A stretch of DNA of 64,000 bases, taken from positions 2,852,001-2,916,000 of the forward strand of contig CM039006.1 in NCBI GenBank assembly GCA_017499595.2. Direction: 5' to 3'. The notes beneath the pieces are model-generated. The model saw only the letters and a list, made by a program, of their open reading frames with translations, ran no database searches and had not been told where the DNA came from. Positions within the stretch are counted from its first letter, which is position 1, and each line of letters begins with the position of its first letter. A program made the translations under genes and the position numbers. The DNA is from Psilocybe cubensis (lineage: Eukaryota). Shown piece after piece: positions 1 to 11,400 of the stretch.

Positions 1-2952
1 ATCCTGGAGACGCTTTTGTAAATGCGAAAGGGTGGGATTTCTCAATGATGGCATAAAATGGTACATAATTAAACTATTACACAATAATCATGGCTACTTG
101 AATGCCGAATCGCCAATCCCACTTGTGATTAGCCGCTCTATAGAACGACAAATGCCCAATTCTGCGGAATGTAACATTTCGCTTAACGGATGTAAGTTCC
201 GTATTCTATTCCCAAGTTAGATGAAAGCAGATAAGCAGCTATAATTTCGCTGGGTAATATCGCTGAATCAAAATTTCCTCGGGATTTACAGATTATTATT
301 GAAGGTGCAAACATTTATTGATTTGTACAGTGTACAAATCAATAGATGTTTGCTCTGGATAACCCACTGAAGTTACTTGTATGATAAGTCGATTTCTTGG
401 TCTATTGAAGACCATGGATTATAGTGGTATTAGCTATAAAGGAAGAGAATGTACGCCCAGGGTCTAAGCCTCTGAGGTGGTGCCCTGAGTATGTTAACTC
501 TGGAATGAATAGGACCCGCATTCTATTTTTAACCTCTCCAGATGGAAATAGATCGAAACAATTTCTTCCCTTCTTCATCGAATACACAACTCGAATCATA
601 TTTCCAAAGAAGGTATGCAACATGCATATACAATGACCTCAGAATTCACTACGTATCCGCTTTATACCTCCACACTTCCAGCATTACACATATAGTAGCC
701 AGTCTAATGTAGGTCTGATGTAAGTATCACAGAATTATTGAGGGTAATTTTCCACACCTATCCTTTGACAGTATACATATCAGACAGCCGATAAATTTTG
801 TATCAGTTTCTAATTGCTTAGAAGCATACAATGGGGACGAACTTCCACGAAAAGAATGAATATGAGTAGAGTAAGAGTAATACTAAGTTTGCGAAGATCT
901 CATCTCACGGACAGCCTGGTCCTTTTTCAACATTAAGAACATAAATGATTGGGTTAGATATCTACATTTCAGACATTGAAAGTAGTAGAGAATACATTTT
1001 GACTTTAGGAACTGAAGTACTGACCACCAATGACCGGAGCTCTCTGTGAAATCAGCCGCAAATCAAAAGAGTGGTTCTGTCGCCGTTGCGGTCTAGGGCC
1101 TCAAGCTACAACAAAAATTAAAATTATACATAATTTCATTTGTGTTTGTACGTGAAGATATTTCAAGGTGAGCTAGCTAGCAGTTCAAGCTGTCCTACTG
1201 CATGGTGCCGAGGACGGCTGGCACTGACAGGAAAGCTCCAGTGATTACCTCCGAGTTGTTCTGTCACGTGTACCTGCTGATCAGGACGCGCGCACGTCGC
1301 GTCAGAAAAGTATACCACCCGTGGAGAAAATTGAATCTGGGAAATAGTCAAAAAGATTTAAGATGATATATGGCCATGAATGAAATGGATACAGATTTGT
1401 TATCGAAAAGTAGGATAGAGTAATTAAATGACTAAGCATCGAGTACACCTAAATCTTTGAAATGTTACTATCTTTTAAGTCACATTAACATCTAGAACTC
1501 TGATATCTATACGCATTTCCTAATGAACATAGACTTGCATATTAGATTGGAAGTATTCGATACATAATTCTATGTCTATTTTGTTTCCTTAAATGTAAAC
1601 CATTGCACATCAAATTTTTTCCCAGGAGTGAATTGTGAATGAGTATCTTGGCGTTTGGTAGCCACGTTCCCAATGCGTCATAGTTACTTCTATCATAGAA
1701 CTCTTCCTAATTAAATTATCCGATTACTATATATATATATTTGCATAAATAATACCTTCCTATGATATCTAACACCTCTGGTAGATAGGTGTCGGGTTTA
1801 AACAAAATTGCCACCCTAAGCTGGGTTTCAAGATTAATGCTTAAATATCCCACCAGAGGTACTGAAAATGTACATCAAGATACACTAGACAGCTCCGCCG
1901 ACAGACCTTGGGAGGGCATGAGAGCACAAAGCTATATTGATCCTTTCTCGTGTTAAAATTAGGCAGAAGCAGGGCTGGACATCTTGAAAAGATGAAATAG
2001 TCGTGGTATTAATAGCATTCTTTCAGAAGAATGTCTTTTAACATGTGTAGCCATTCTACAGCTATCATAGTACATTATCCAATGCGGTATTACTTGGAGC
2101 GTAAGTGTCGCTCTATTGAACTGACACGGTAAAACCGTGAAAACCATTGGGATGTTTGTGAGTTGCCTCGGCGGCTGCGTGTTAACCGATGGACCGAAGC
2201 CGCGATTACCAAAAGTCTGTCATTTTCAAGTCGACAGCCTCACCCTGGTGCAACGACGAACGACAGCTCCAGCACAGAACGTACGGCATTCATTGGGATC
2301 TAATAGGTTTATAGTTTTTTGATACCATGGCAGTTTTCACTTTAACACTACCGCCAGTACATTTATAATAATTCATCCTTACACAGGAAACAAGTGAATT
2401 GTGTATATCTATGATATGAATCTTCGACGTCAATAGAAGCCTAAACGCATCTTCCCAGAAGCCGCCAGGAATAGATCGTGTGTGTGATGAATACTGTACA
2501 CAGAACTTTCCGCGTCTGGTATATCTATCGCGCGCTCCTCCTTTGCCGACATTGCGTTCCTTGCCTGGACCCTCCCAACTATCTTGGACTCTCTTAAACT
2601 GCGAATCCGAATGACTCTTGGTCGTGCTCGTCGGAGGTATCCCAACAGGATTGGTGTAGAAAAGATACCGACGTAATACATTTCACGTATTGTACAAGGC
2701 TGAACAAGGGACCTGCCTAAACTCAAACATTCCAGTGCTAGCTTGTGATTGGACATGAGTGGGATTAGTCAGACGGCTTCCTACCTTTCTGGAAACAACA
2801 TCCCACAAGAATTCACAAGAAGTGCTTATGACCTGACGGCAATCGAGATGCATATAAGAGATATAAAGTAAGGAGTACGACGCACGCCACGCAACGACGC
2901 ATCCATACATCACAAACACCGGTTCCATCTGTGTAAGTTATCCCCTTCCCCC

Positions 2953-4177
2953 ATGTGTTTCCCAAGCAAAAAACAGAAAGACAATTTCGCCGACAACAAC
3001 AAAGATTCCAAATCGAAATCTGAATCCAAGACCAAATCTAGTAGCGGAGAGAAAGCCGAGCCTACAAAAGCCCCAGCTCCTGAAGCGGCTCCAGCTCAAT
3101 CATCCTCTCCCGAACCTCCTACAGCACAACCTCAGACTGAAACCGCTCCCAAAATGTCCACACCCAAAGTCGCGATTGTCATCTACACAATGTACGGACA
3201 CATTGCTAAACGTGAGCCCATGTTCCTGCGAGTTGGAGCACAACCTGATTGAACACAACGCAGTCGCTGAAGCAGAGAAGGCCGGTATCGAAAAGGCTGG
3301 GGGAAAGGCGGACATCTATCAGTACGTACTATCCCAGTTAACCAGACTGTTCCTAAATCAGACTGCGCGTTTTCCAGAGTCGCGGAGACCCTCTCTCAAG
3401 AGATCCTGACAAAGATGTATGCTCCTGCCAAACCTGATTATCCCATTGTGACCCCCGACATCCTGGCCGGCTACGACGCGTTCCTCCTCGGTGTTCCCAC
3501 TCGTTACGGAAATATGCCCGCCCAATGGAAGGTGCGTTGCCTCCAAAACAAGTAGCCATGTTAATATAGACTCAATTTGAACCACCGCAACGACCAATAG
3601 GCGTTCTGGGACTCCACAGGCCAGCTCTGGGCAGGGGGTAAACTCGCTGGGAAATATGCCGGGTTCTTTGTCTCCACTGCTGGACTTGGAGGAGGGCAGG
3701 AATCGACGGTTCTCGCGTCTCTGTCCACGTTGGCGCACCATGGCATCCTCTATGTTCCTTTCGGTTACTCGCATGCGTTCGGCCAATTAACCAACCTGGA
3801 TGAGGTTCATGGAGGTGAGTTGAATTTCTTTCTTCACTGCATGGTCGCCAAGGCCTACGCACGCAAGGAGGGTGTCCCAGGGTGTAGGAATTTTTTTCCC
3901 CAATATGCTGGGCTGGATCGGAACAGTCCTTTATGCTTGGGAAAATAACCCCTCATTCTGTCATAGACCACGTTGATCGTCATCAATGATCCATATCTCG
4001 CGTATTTGGTGAATTGTTACTGACGCAGCCTTATCTGATAACAATGTAGGCTCCCCCTGGGGTGCTGGAACATTCGCTTCGTCCAATGGCTCTCGACAAC
4101 CATCCCAGCTTGAGCTCGAAATCGCCACTACCCAGGGAGAAGCGTTCTTCAACACCGTGAAGAAAGTCAGCTTTTAA
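2953..4177 (+). CDS. Flavodoxin-like NAD(P)H:quinone oxidoreductase (WrbA/Pst2/Ycp4; 1,4-benzoquinone reductase type), 5 exons
   Basis: The spliced reading gives [49 protein letters not shown] and [12 protein letters not shown]. Introns are at 3212-3263, 3322-3377, 3532-3600 and 3815-4049. TAA is at 4175-4177. Confidence 0.93.
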
Positions 4178-5257
4178 CGATTAGGATCGGATCGCTGTTA
4201 ATTTGTCTGCTCGAAAGACGGTACTCTATTTAAATTCCAAATGTTTCGTGACTGTGAATTACTAGTAACTAGACAATTGTATTCATTATCTCGGTCCTTT
4301 CTCCACGCAGGACTGATATGAGACACGTACCCAGGAAAATAGTAAGCACGCGATACCTAAGAATCTCCACTGCTCCGAATTGCCACCAAAATTGAATTTA
4401 GACCACACACGGTCCACCGACATACCACCCACTGGGTGGTATGTCTTTATAAGATTCCGCTGGGTGCCACTTAAATGCTAGCAATTACATACCCGTACAT
4501 TAACCCCGCTGTTGAAATATAGAATAAATCATCGGATGTGTGCAGATGTATCGTAAAGGCCAGAAGTAGTTTGATACGCCATGGCGATCAAACCCGATAC
4601 AAGATCACTTCCACTCTCCGAACGCGATATAGATGTGGGTCGCCTGTGGTGTTCCGCTGTCCAGCCTCCAGAAATTTAGCGAATCGAATAGCGAGCGATA
4701 TGTCGTCCGCACAGCCGTTATGGGAAACAGGGACCAAGGGGAAGGTATAAATAGTCTGCGCAAGACGAAACGCTAGAGGCGCCACAATCTCACTCACTAT
4801 GGCAAGCCCATATTCAGAGTCGTTAGCCCTAGATAGTTGACACATGTCAGCTATATGTCAACATGATACTATTCACGCCAAACAGAAGGACAGCCACGAA
4901 CCCTTTGACGACTTCTTTGTCGGAAGAAAATATGTGCAAGATAACAACAGGATCCTGGATCAGATAGAGCGACAAGAAATGCCACAATGCAATCGGCATA
5001 TCTTCTGATCTCCGAAGAGTCCACCAAAACCTTTCCATCTTATTTTTCCGGAATTCAAAATACTCCAAGAAGATGCGTTCATGCTGCTACTATGCATCGG
5101 TCAGCACAATACTGCGACCGTCGAGATTCTGCAGAAATCCGTCAAAACAGATCTCTTGGACGTAGAAAAGGAATATCAACAACGCAAATTTGACCTGCAA
5201 TATGATCAATTTTCGCAACATTCTGGATTATGCGTTAGCATAATAGGCAAGTATCAT

Positions 5258-5488
5258 TGTGACGGGGCGCAGTTTCCCACGAGTCCCGACACACTCGAGC
5301 CTCAAACAGACTGGATAAATCACTCTATTCAAAGCTGGGGCTATTCTTCGTATACTACTGTACTTATATACTCTAGAACTACCTACGTAATGAATATTAT
5401 TCTAGCATTTGAAATATCTAAGTGAGTGATAAGACAAAGCAAACAGATAATCAAAGGTCGTTACCTTTTCGGTAACGACTCCGTCACA
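5258..5488 (-). repeat. 3' LTR (231 bp)
   Basis: Reads identical to 13374-13604; 8-bp terminal inverted repeat with TG...CA ends. Confidence 0.97.
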
Positions 5489-8400
5489 TACGCCCTCCAG
5501 GCATTCCAACGGAATGGCTCTTCTTTTGGGGTCGGTGAGTGTTATACGGATTGTGTCTTCCTGCCTTAGTGGCCGCCGCCGCTTGATTAAGGATGATGTT
5601 GTTGACTGTCTTCATGTGACGTGAATTCCCGAAGGAGGCGGCCATCTCGATGGCATTCTCAATCTCGCGGTCGGTTGGGAAAGGGATGTCCAGTGGGAAG
5701 CGTGGTAGCCTCGGTGTGGTCGCGATGCCTCCCATGTTATTGAACGTGGTTAGACGAACATCAGGTGAAGCATCCTGGTGCAGGTAAGTGACAAACTCCG
5801 GGTATCCAACGGGCATGAATAGCGATGGGTTAGCGTCAGGTTTGAGTACCCGGTAGGCGAATGCGATGAATTTCTTGAGTTGCGCGGCGTGAACAGAATG
5901 GATGACTCGGTTGGGGTCCAGAATTCCGTACTCGAAGCGCGACAGCCTAAAGAGAACGAGGGAGCCGGCCATGGGGAAATTGATCTGGAACGGTCGTCCG
6001 TAATGATCGCGCGTGAAGTCGAAGAGACTAGATATGGCTGGATCGACGCCAAGACTCACTGGGTGGTGAGTGCTAAAATTAGCCACCATGAAGATTCGCA
6101 CAAATCTAAACTTACTCGAATTACTCGCATTTTGGTCGTTGACCGAGGGTTGAGATGGAGGGTTGCCCTCTGAAACGGACTGGGTGTTGTGGGGTTGATC
6201 ATGAGTGTCTTGGATAATCATCGCATTAGACTCGTTTGACGCAGTGCTCGTTGAGGCTTGTGTTTGTTCGGACCCGGCGGCTATATTCAAATTGTGCATT
6301 TGCTGCTCGACAGGTATCGCATTGGGTTGAGTAGAAACAGATAATGTAGGCTGAGACATGGTGTTGCCAGTGTGTGTTTTCGTCCCAGTGTTTATATACT
6401 CTAACTCTCCAATATCCATTTCAAATTCAATAAGTCCCGTGAAAATTTGGGGGTCGTCTGGTGCGTGGTCTTGGATTTCTCTCGAAAGTTCTAATATGTT
6501 CTTTGCGCCTTTAGCGTCCAGGTACTCTTCAAATGCATGTAAGTGTTTTATTTCTGTGTAAGGAAGCCAGCTCTTATCTCCAGATTTCCATAACACCTCA
6601 AATGCTGCATTGATTCCTTCACCATTGTGTGACAAAATACTTTGTACCGCCCACTCGCCCTCCAAATCTTCGTGTGGGAAGAAGATTTGTGTATCAAGAC
6701 GACCTGGAAACAAGCGATCATCGTTGGGAACGTGCACGCGAAGCAAAGAAGAATGAAAAACATCATGGACTCCTCTTTTTCTCAGATTAGGCGAAATATC
6801 CACCCGGTAAGAGTTGTTTCCAAAGGCCTCTGTGATCTTGTAAGGTCCCAAAAAACGAGGTGTCAGCTTCAAGCTCAAACCTTTAGGTATAGAAATATTC
6901 TTAGTGGAAATGTAAACAAAGTCGTCTACCTTAAACGGCGCCGGAACACGTTTTCTATTAGCATTTCGTATATACTTAACCCGCGAGGCAATTAAAGAGT
7001 CGTGGGCTTGCATAATCGAAGCCTTCATCCTATTGGCAAATACCTTAACCCCGGGATATTCGACGGGCCTGTTTGATTCCCAAATAAATGAACGAGGCAT
7101 GCGACCTGTATTCAAGAAAAACGGTGCAAACCCAGTTGACTCGGATCGCGCAGAGTTAATAGCGAATTCAATTGCGGGTAGCCGTACAACCCAATCCTTT
7201 TGGTTGGGAGAAATGCACTGGCGCAGCATCTGGCCAATTGTTTTGTTAGCACGCTCAGTAGCGCCATCTGTTTGTGGGTGATAAGCGCTCGACATTTTTA
7301 ATTTAGTCCCAATTAATTTATGTAATTCTTCCCAGAAATGACTAGTAAACCACTTGTCTCGGTCACTAACAATTGAAGATGGCAAGCCGTGATGCTTGTA
7401 TACTTCAGCAAATACTAGTTCAGCAACATCCCTAGCCTTGTAATCTGTACAACCCGGGACCAGGTGAACCATACCCGAAAAAAGATCAATAATAACCACA
7501 ATCATATCAAATGAAGCATCTCTATTTCTAGATGTTGGTAACGGGCCTACAAAATCAATACCGATTGATTCCCAAGGCCGTCGAGGTAAATCAAGCGGAT
7601 TCAGCAGACCATACGGCTTGGTATGCGAGTCCTTAGTTTGCTTACACGTTGGGCATGAGTCACAAAAAACTTCAATGTCTTTTGCCATAGACTTCCACCA
7701 CACATTATCCCGCAGGTGCGTGTAAGTTTTTCTTGCACCCAGATGAGCCAAAAGTGAATGCGCTTCAGTGATAATCACCTCACGAAGCGACTGTCCTGAT
7801 CCTGGCAGCCTAACATCAGGTATGCACAGCAATTTCTTATTATCTTGCTTAAGATACATAAGACCTGAGGTCATATCAACCTCAAAATTTTTGAAGTCAC
7901 TCGGTGCCTTGGAAATTGGGCCAAAGAACAAGTCATCTTTGTAGTGTCCCTTTATCTCGTTCACAACGTCAATACCACCCATGTTTTCAAGATAGAAATT
8001 CAAAGAATTGTTATTAGGTTCAATTACATTATCTCTATCAAAGTTAACTGAAGGATTCTCAGGTGAAACTACATCCTGTGGAGCCAATGACTCGTCAGTT
8101 GGAAGCTTTTTCCGAGCAGGGATACGAATCACTAACCTTTCCTTGGACCCAGACTGTTTGGCCGCGCCCTCCGTGACTGGTTGAGGGCCCAATAATGTAA
8201 AGAAATTCTTCATACGGGAGGCAAATTCCTCAGAAGTTTCCAGCCGGCCGGTTTCCGCCCCTGGACGTTCACGCGCGGTTTTACTGCGGCGTCCAATAAA
8301 ATTAGGATTAACTACGGCGGAACAGACCGCCTCCATACCAACTAGAACTGGAGCGGCAATCAATTCCATTGCATGAGCTCTGGAGTCTATTTCCTCAATG

Positions 8401-11400
8401 TCATCATACTCGGTATATTCCGAGGGTGCGCGTACAGTTCCAGGTGCGTCGTTTGAGTATATTCGAGATAGGGCATCACTGAGAATATTCTCTGTACCCG
8501 GTACATAGATTACTTCGAAATTAAACATACCCAATTGTTCCAACCATCGGGCACGTCGCCCATTGCTCGTGCGTTCAACATCTCGATGATTTAATAAAGT
8601 AACTAACCCCTTGTGATCGGTATACCAGCGGAACTTCACACCTAGCAGCAAGTCACGATATCGCATCATTGTTTCAAGTCCCGCGAGCATCTCGACCTCG
8701 TGTACGGGATAATTTTGCTGAGCCGGTGAGAGTTTTGCAGAATAGAATGCTGCTACTGATGCATTCTTCCAGTCTTCACCTTGGCTGATCACGCCGGCCA
8801 CACCAGTAATACTGGCATCAGTGATCATGTTAATTGGCGGTGCGCCCTCCGAATAATCTAACGGGCGCCTATGGTGATCACGAAATCGATTCGCGCGCTG
8901 TTTAATTTCCTCAAACGCGCGTTGGTGAGTTGGTTCCCATCGAAATGGAACCTCTTTGCTAGTCAAGGTATGTAATACTCCCATGGGAATTCGTATGCTT
9001 TCGATGTCGTCAGCTAAATAACTTGCTGCACCTAAAAACCCTCGGAGCAAGTCACGATTAGTGGGAACCTTCCATTTTAGTAATGCATCCACCTTGTGTG
9101 GATCCATCTGGATTCCGTCATCGTCCACAATACGGCCGAGGATTTTCACTCGCTTGCATAGGAAATCCAATTTATTAGCTGAGAGATAGAATTTCTCTTT
9201 CTTCAGGATGTCTAATACAATTGTTACATGTTTAATATGGTCTTCAATTGTATCTGAATAAATCACTATGTCATCTAGATAGACATCTAAAAACTTCCCA
9301 ATGTATGGGGAAAAAATGTGATTCATTAATGACTGAAAGGTTGCAGGTGCATTACAGTCACCTTGTTGAATTACATGAGAGACCATATTACCATTTGGGG
9401 TGGAAAATGCAGTCTTCCAGACGTCGTTGGGTTCAATCCTGACTTGTTCGTAAGCGTCTTTCAGGTCAATCATGCTTCGGTAGGGCTTACTTGACACTCG
9501 ACGCATGATCCCATCAATATCAGGTAGCGGGCTTGTCAATTTTCGCGTGTTCTGATTCCTAGCTCGCAAATCATCAACTGTTCGCAACTTCGCAGGCTCG
9601 CCTGGCTTTGCTGGCTTGGGAATGAATAGCATTGGTACTGTATTCCGTGAGTTAGTGATTTCCCATCTACCCGTTTTGAGGTAAGCATTCCTTTTTTCAA
9701 CCCACTGATCCATAAAGGCTTCAGGACATCGTGTAGGACGCCATGGATATTGCAGAGTCTCGTCAATTAAGTCAATTTTGTGGTTAATGACTCGAAGCGG
9801 CGGTAATGGTGTTTCCGCTGCTGTCTTACACAAAGGTGCCGCCTGTTCTCGAAGGTAATCGCGAATTTCATCAAGATTTTCTTCTCGCAGCCTCGCGGAT
9901 CGCGATTGTAAGGTTCGCACAGCGGTTCCCTTGACTGGTAATGATTCTTTTGAGCCTACTATAACTCTTGTAGGGTTCAATCCCACCATTACTTGATGTT
10001 GATATATGAATGGTGTTCCCAGAATTAAGTCATAACTAGACAGGTTTATTATATCAAAGCTCCTCTGCTCTTTGATACCCTGATATGTGATTTGAGACTG
10101 TACCTTATAATTCACTTTAGATCTGGATCCTAAAACTGCCAGCTGTACAACGAGAGGTGTACCCAGTTCCTCTCTCTTTAGTCTCAATTGATCAGCTAAA
10201 GTAGAGGACATAAAATCGCACAATGAACCTGTATCAATTAAGGCTCGTGCTGGGCGTCCAGCAATGTCTACTACGATCACAATAGGGTCAGGAACTATCC
10301 TAGAAGGGTCCTTAATTTTTGCTGAATTTCTCTGTGCCGCAGGAATACTCTGTTCCTCCGGTTGTTGGGCGCTTAATTCAACATAGATTTGTTTTACCTT
10401 GTCTGTGGTCGTTTCATCGTCCGAGGTGTTTGTTTCAGTGTCGGACATTGACCCGGACTCGTCTGAAGTGTAATCTTCTATTAAGTCTTCTAAAAACTGC
10501 TCGTACTCCTCGCCCTCCTGACTTTGTGGATCAAAAAGGCATCTGAGGTCAAAGAAGTCAGTGAAATTTTCACAGTAAACTTCGTTGTACCACCTGGAGA
10601 AGTACTTCGATATCTTTCTATGAAACCAATCCCTAATGTTAAGCTTGGGATTCTCCATGTCAGAAGCGGGTACCTCAAAGTGTAGGTGAGTATTCCAATC
10701 AATGATAATGTAACCATCCGTATCTTTATTGTAATGGACACCAAAACGACTGGTTTTTCTCCGTCGTGCGGCCTTGGAAACAGCCAGAAAGTGTGCGAAT
10801 GACCTCCCCACGCTCAATTTCCATGCCGCGTTCGCTTCCCATATGTTAAACTTTGGGGTTCTCCGGAACCATCGCCGGATCGGTTTTACACGTAGTCTTG
10901 TTTGCTGAGTACGCTTGATAGCGTACCAGCGTCCAATCAGAAAATCCGGCCTCAATACTTGACCTACATCGAGTAGTTCATCTTCGCATGTTACCGAATC
11001 AAGCACCACAAGTTTCTGGCCTCCGTCCGTTGGGTAAACGTAGAAGCGGTCAAGCTCTCTACTCTCCCAGCTGGGATCTCCCGGGTAAGGTCGCATGGAC
11101 TCCAATTGGTGCTTCACCAGCTCACACAATGGATTTCCTAGCTCCCCATCGGTCCATTTACCTTCGTTGGGATCATACAGATTTCTCGCCGCTTCGTCAA
11201 ACGAAATCGCTGCCTTAGAAGCTTGATCCGGTTCATCAAACTCATCCTCAGCTATTCCACACATCCCCATGTCAACTTGCATGCAATGGGAGTCGATAGC
11301 TTGTTCCGTAGTATTTTCCAATGCAGACAGTGCGTTCTCATTCCCTACAGCAACCTCAATGTTAAAACTCTTTACCCCGGGTGGTTTCCCATTATTATAC

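Noticed and set aside
1774-1860. Short inverted repeat ACCTCTGGT/ACCAGAGGT as a mini-MITE
   Set aside because: Only 9 bp are perfect and there is no convincing TSD; compatible with chance.
1-2900. Short ORFs in the first 2.9 kb, and others antisense to real genes
   Set aside because: No recognisable motifs or consistent exon chains; treated as non-coding or shadow ORFs.
3865-3960. TPP riboswitch in the long intron (GGGTGTCCC)
   Set aside because: The CUGAGA and GAUAAU..CAGCG cores are absent, and the gene is unrelated to thiamine metabolism.
5081-5425. ORFs 5081-5425 and 13359-13541 sharing an identical C-terminus
   Set aside because: The shared part is just the LTR read on the plus strand, not a gene duplication.
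5484-6359. True retroviral env gene
   Set aside because: The tail has no signal peptide or clear transmembrane segment, so it is reported only as an unknown accessory domain.
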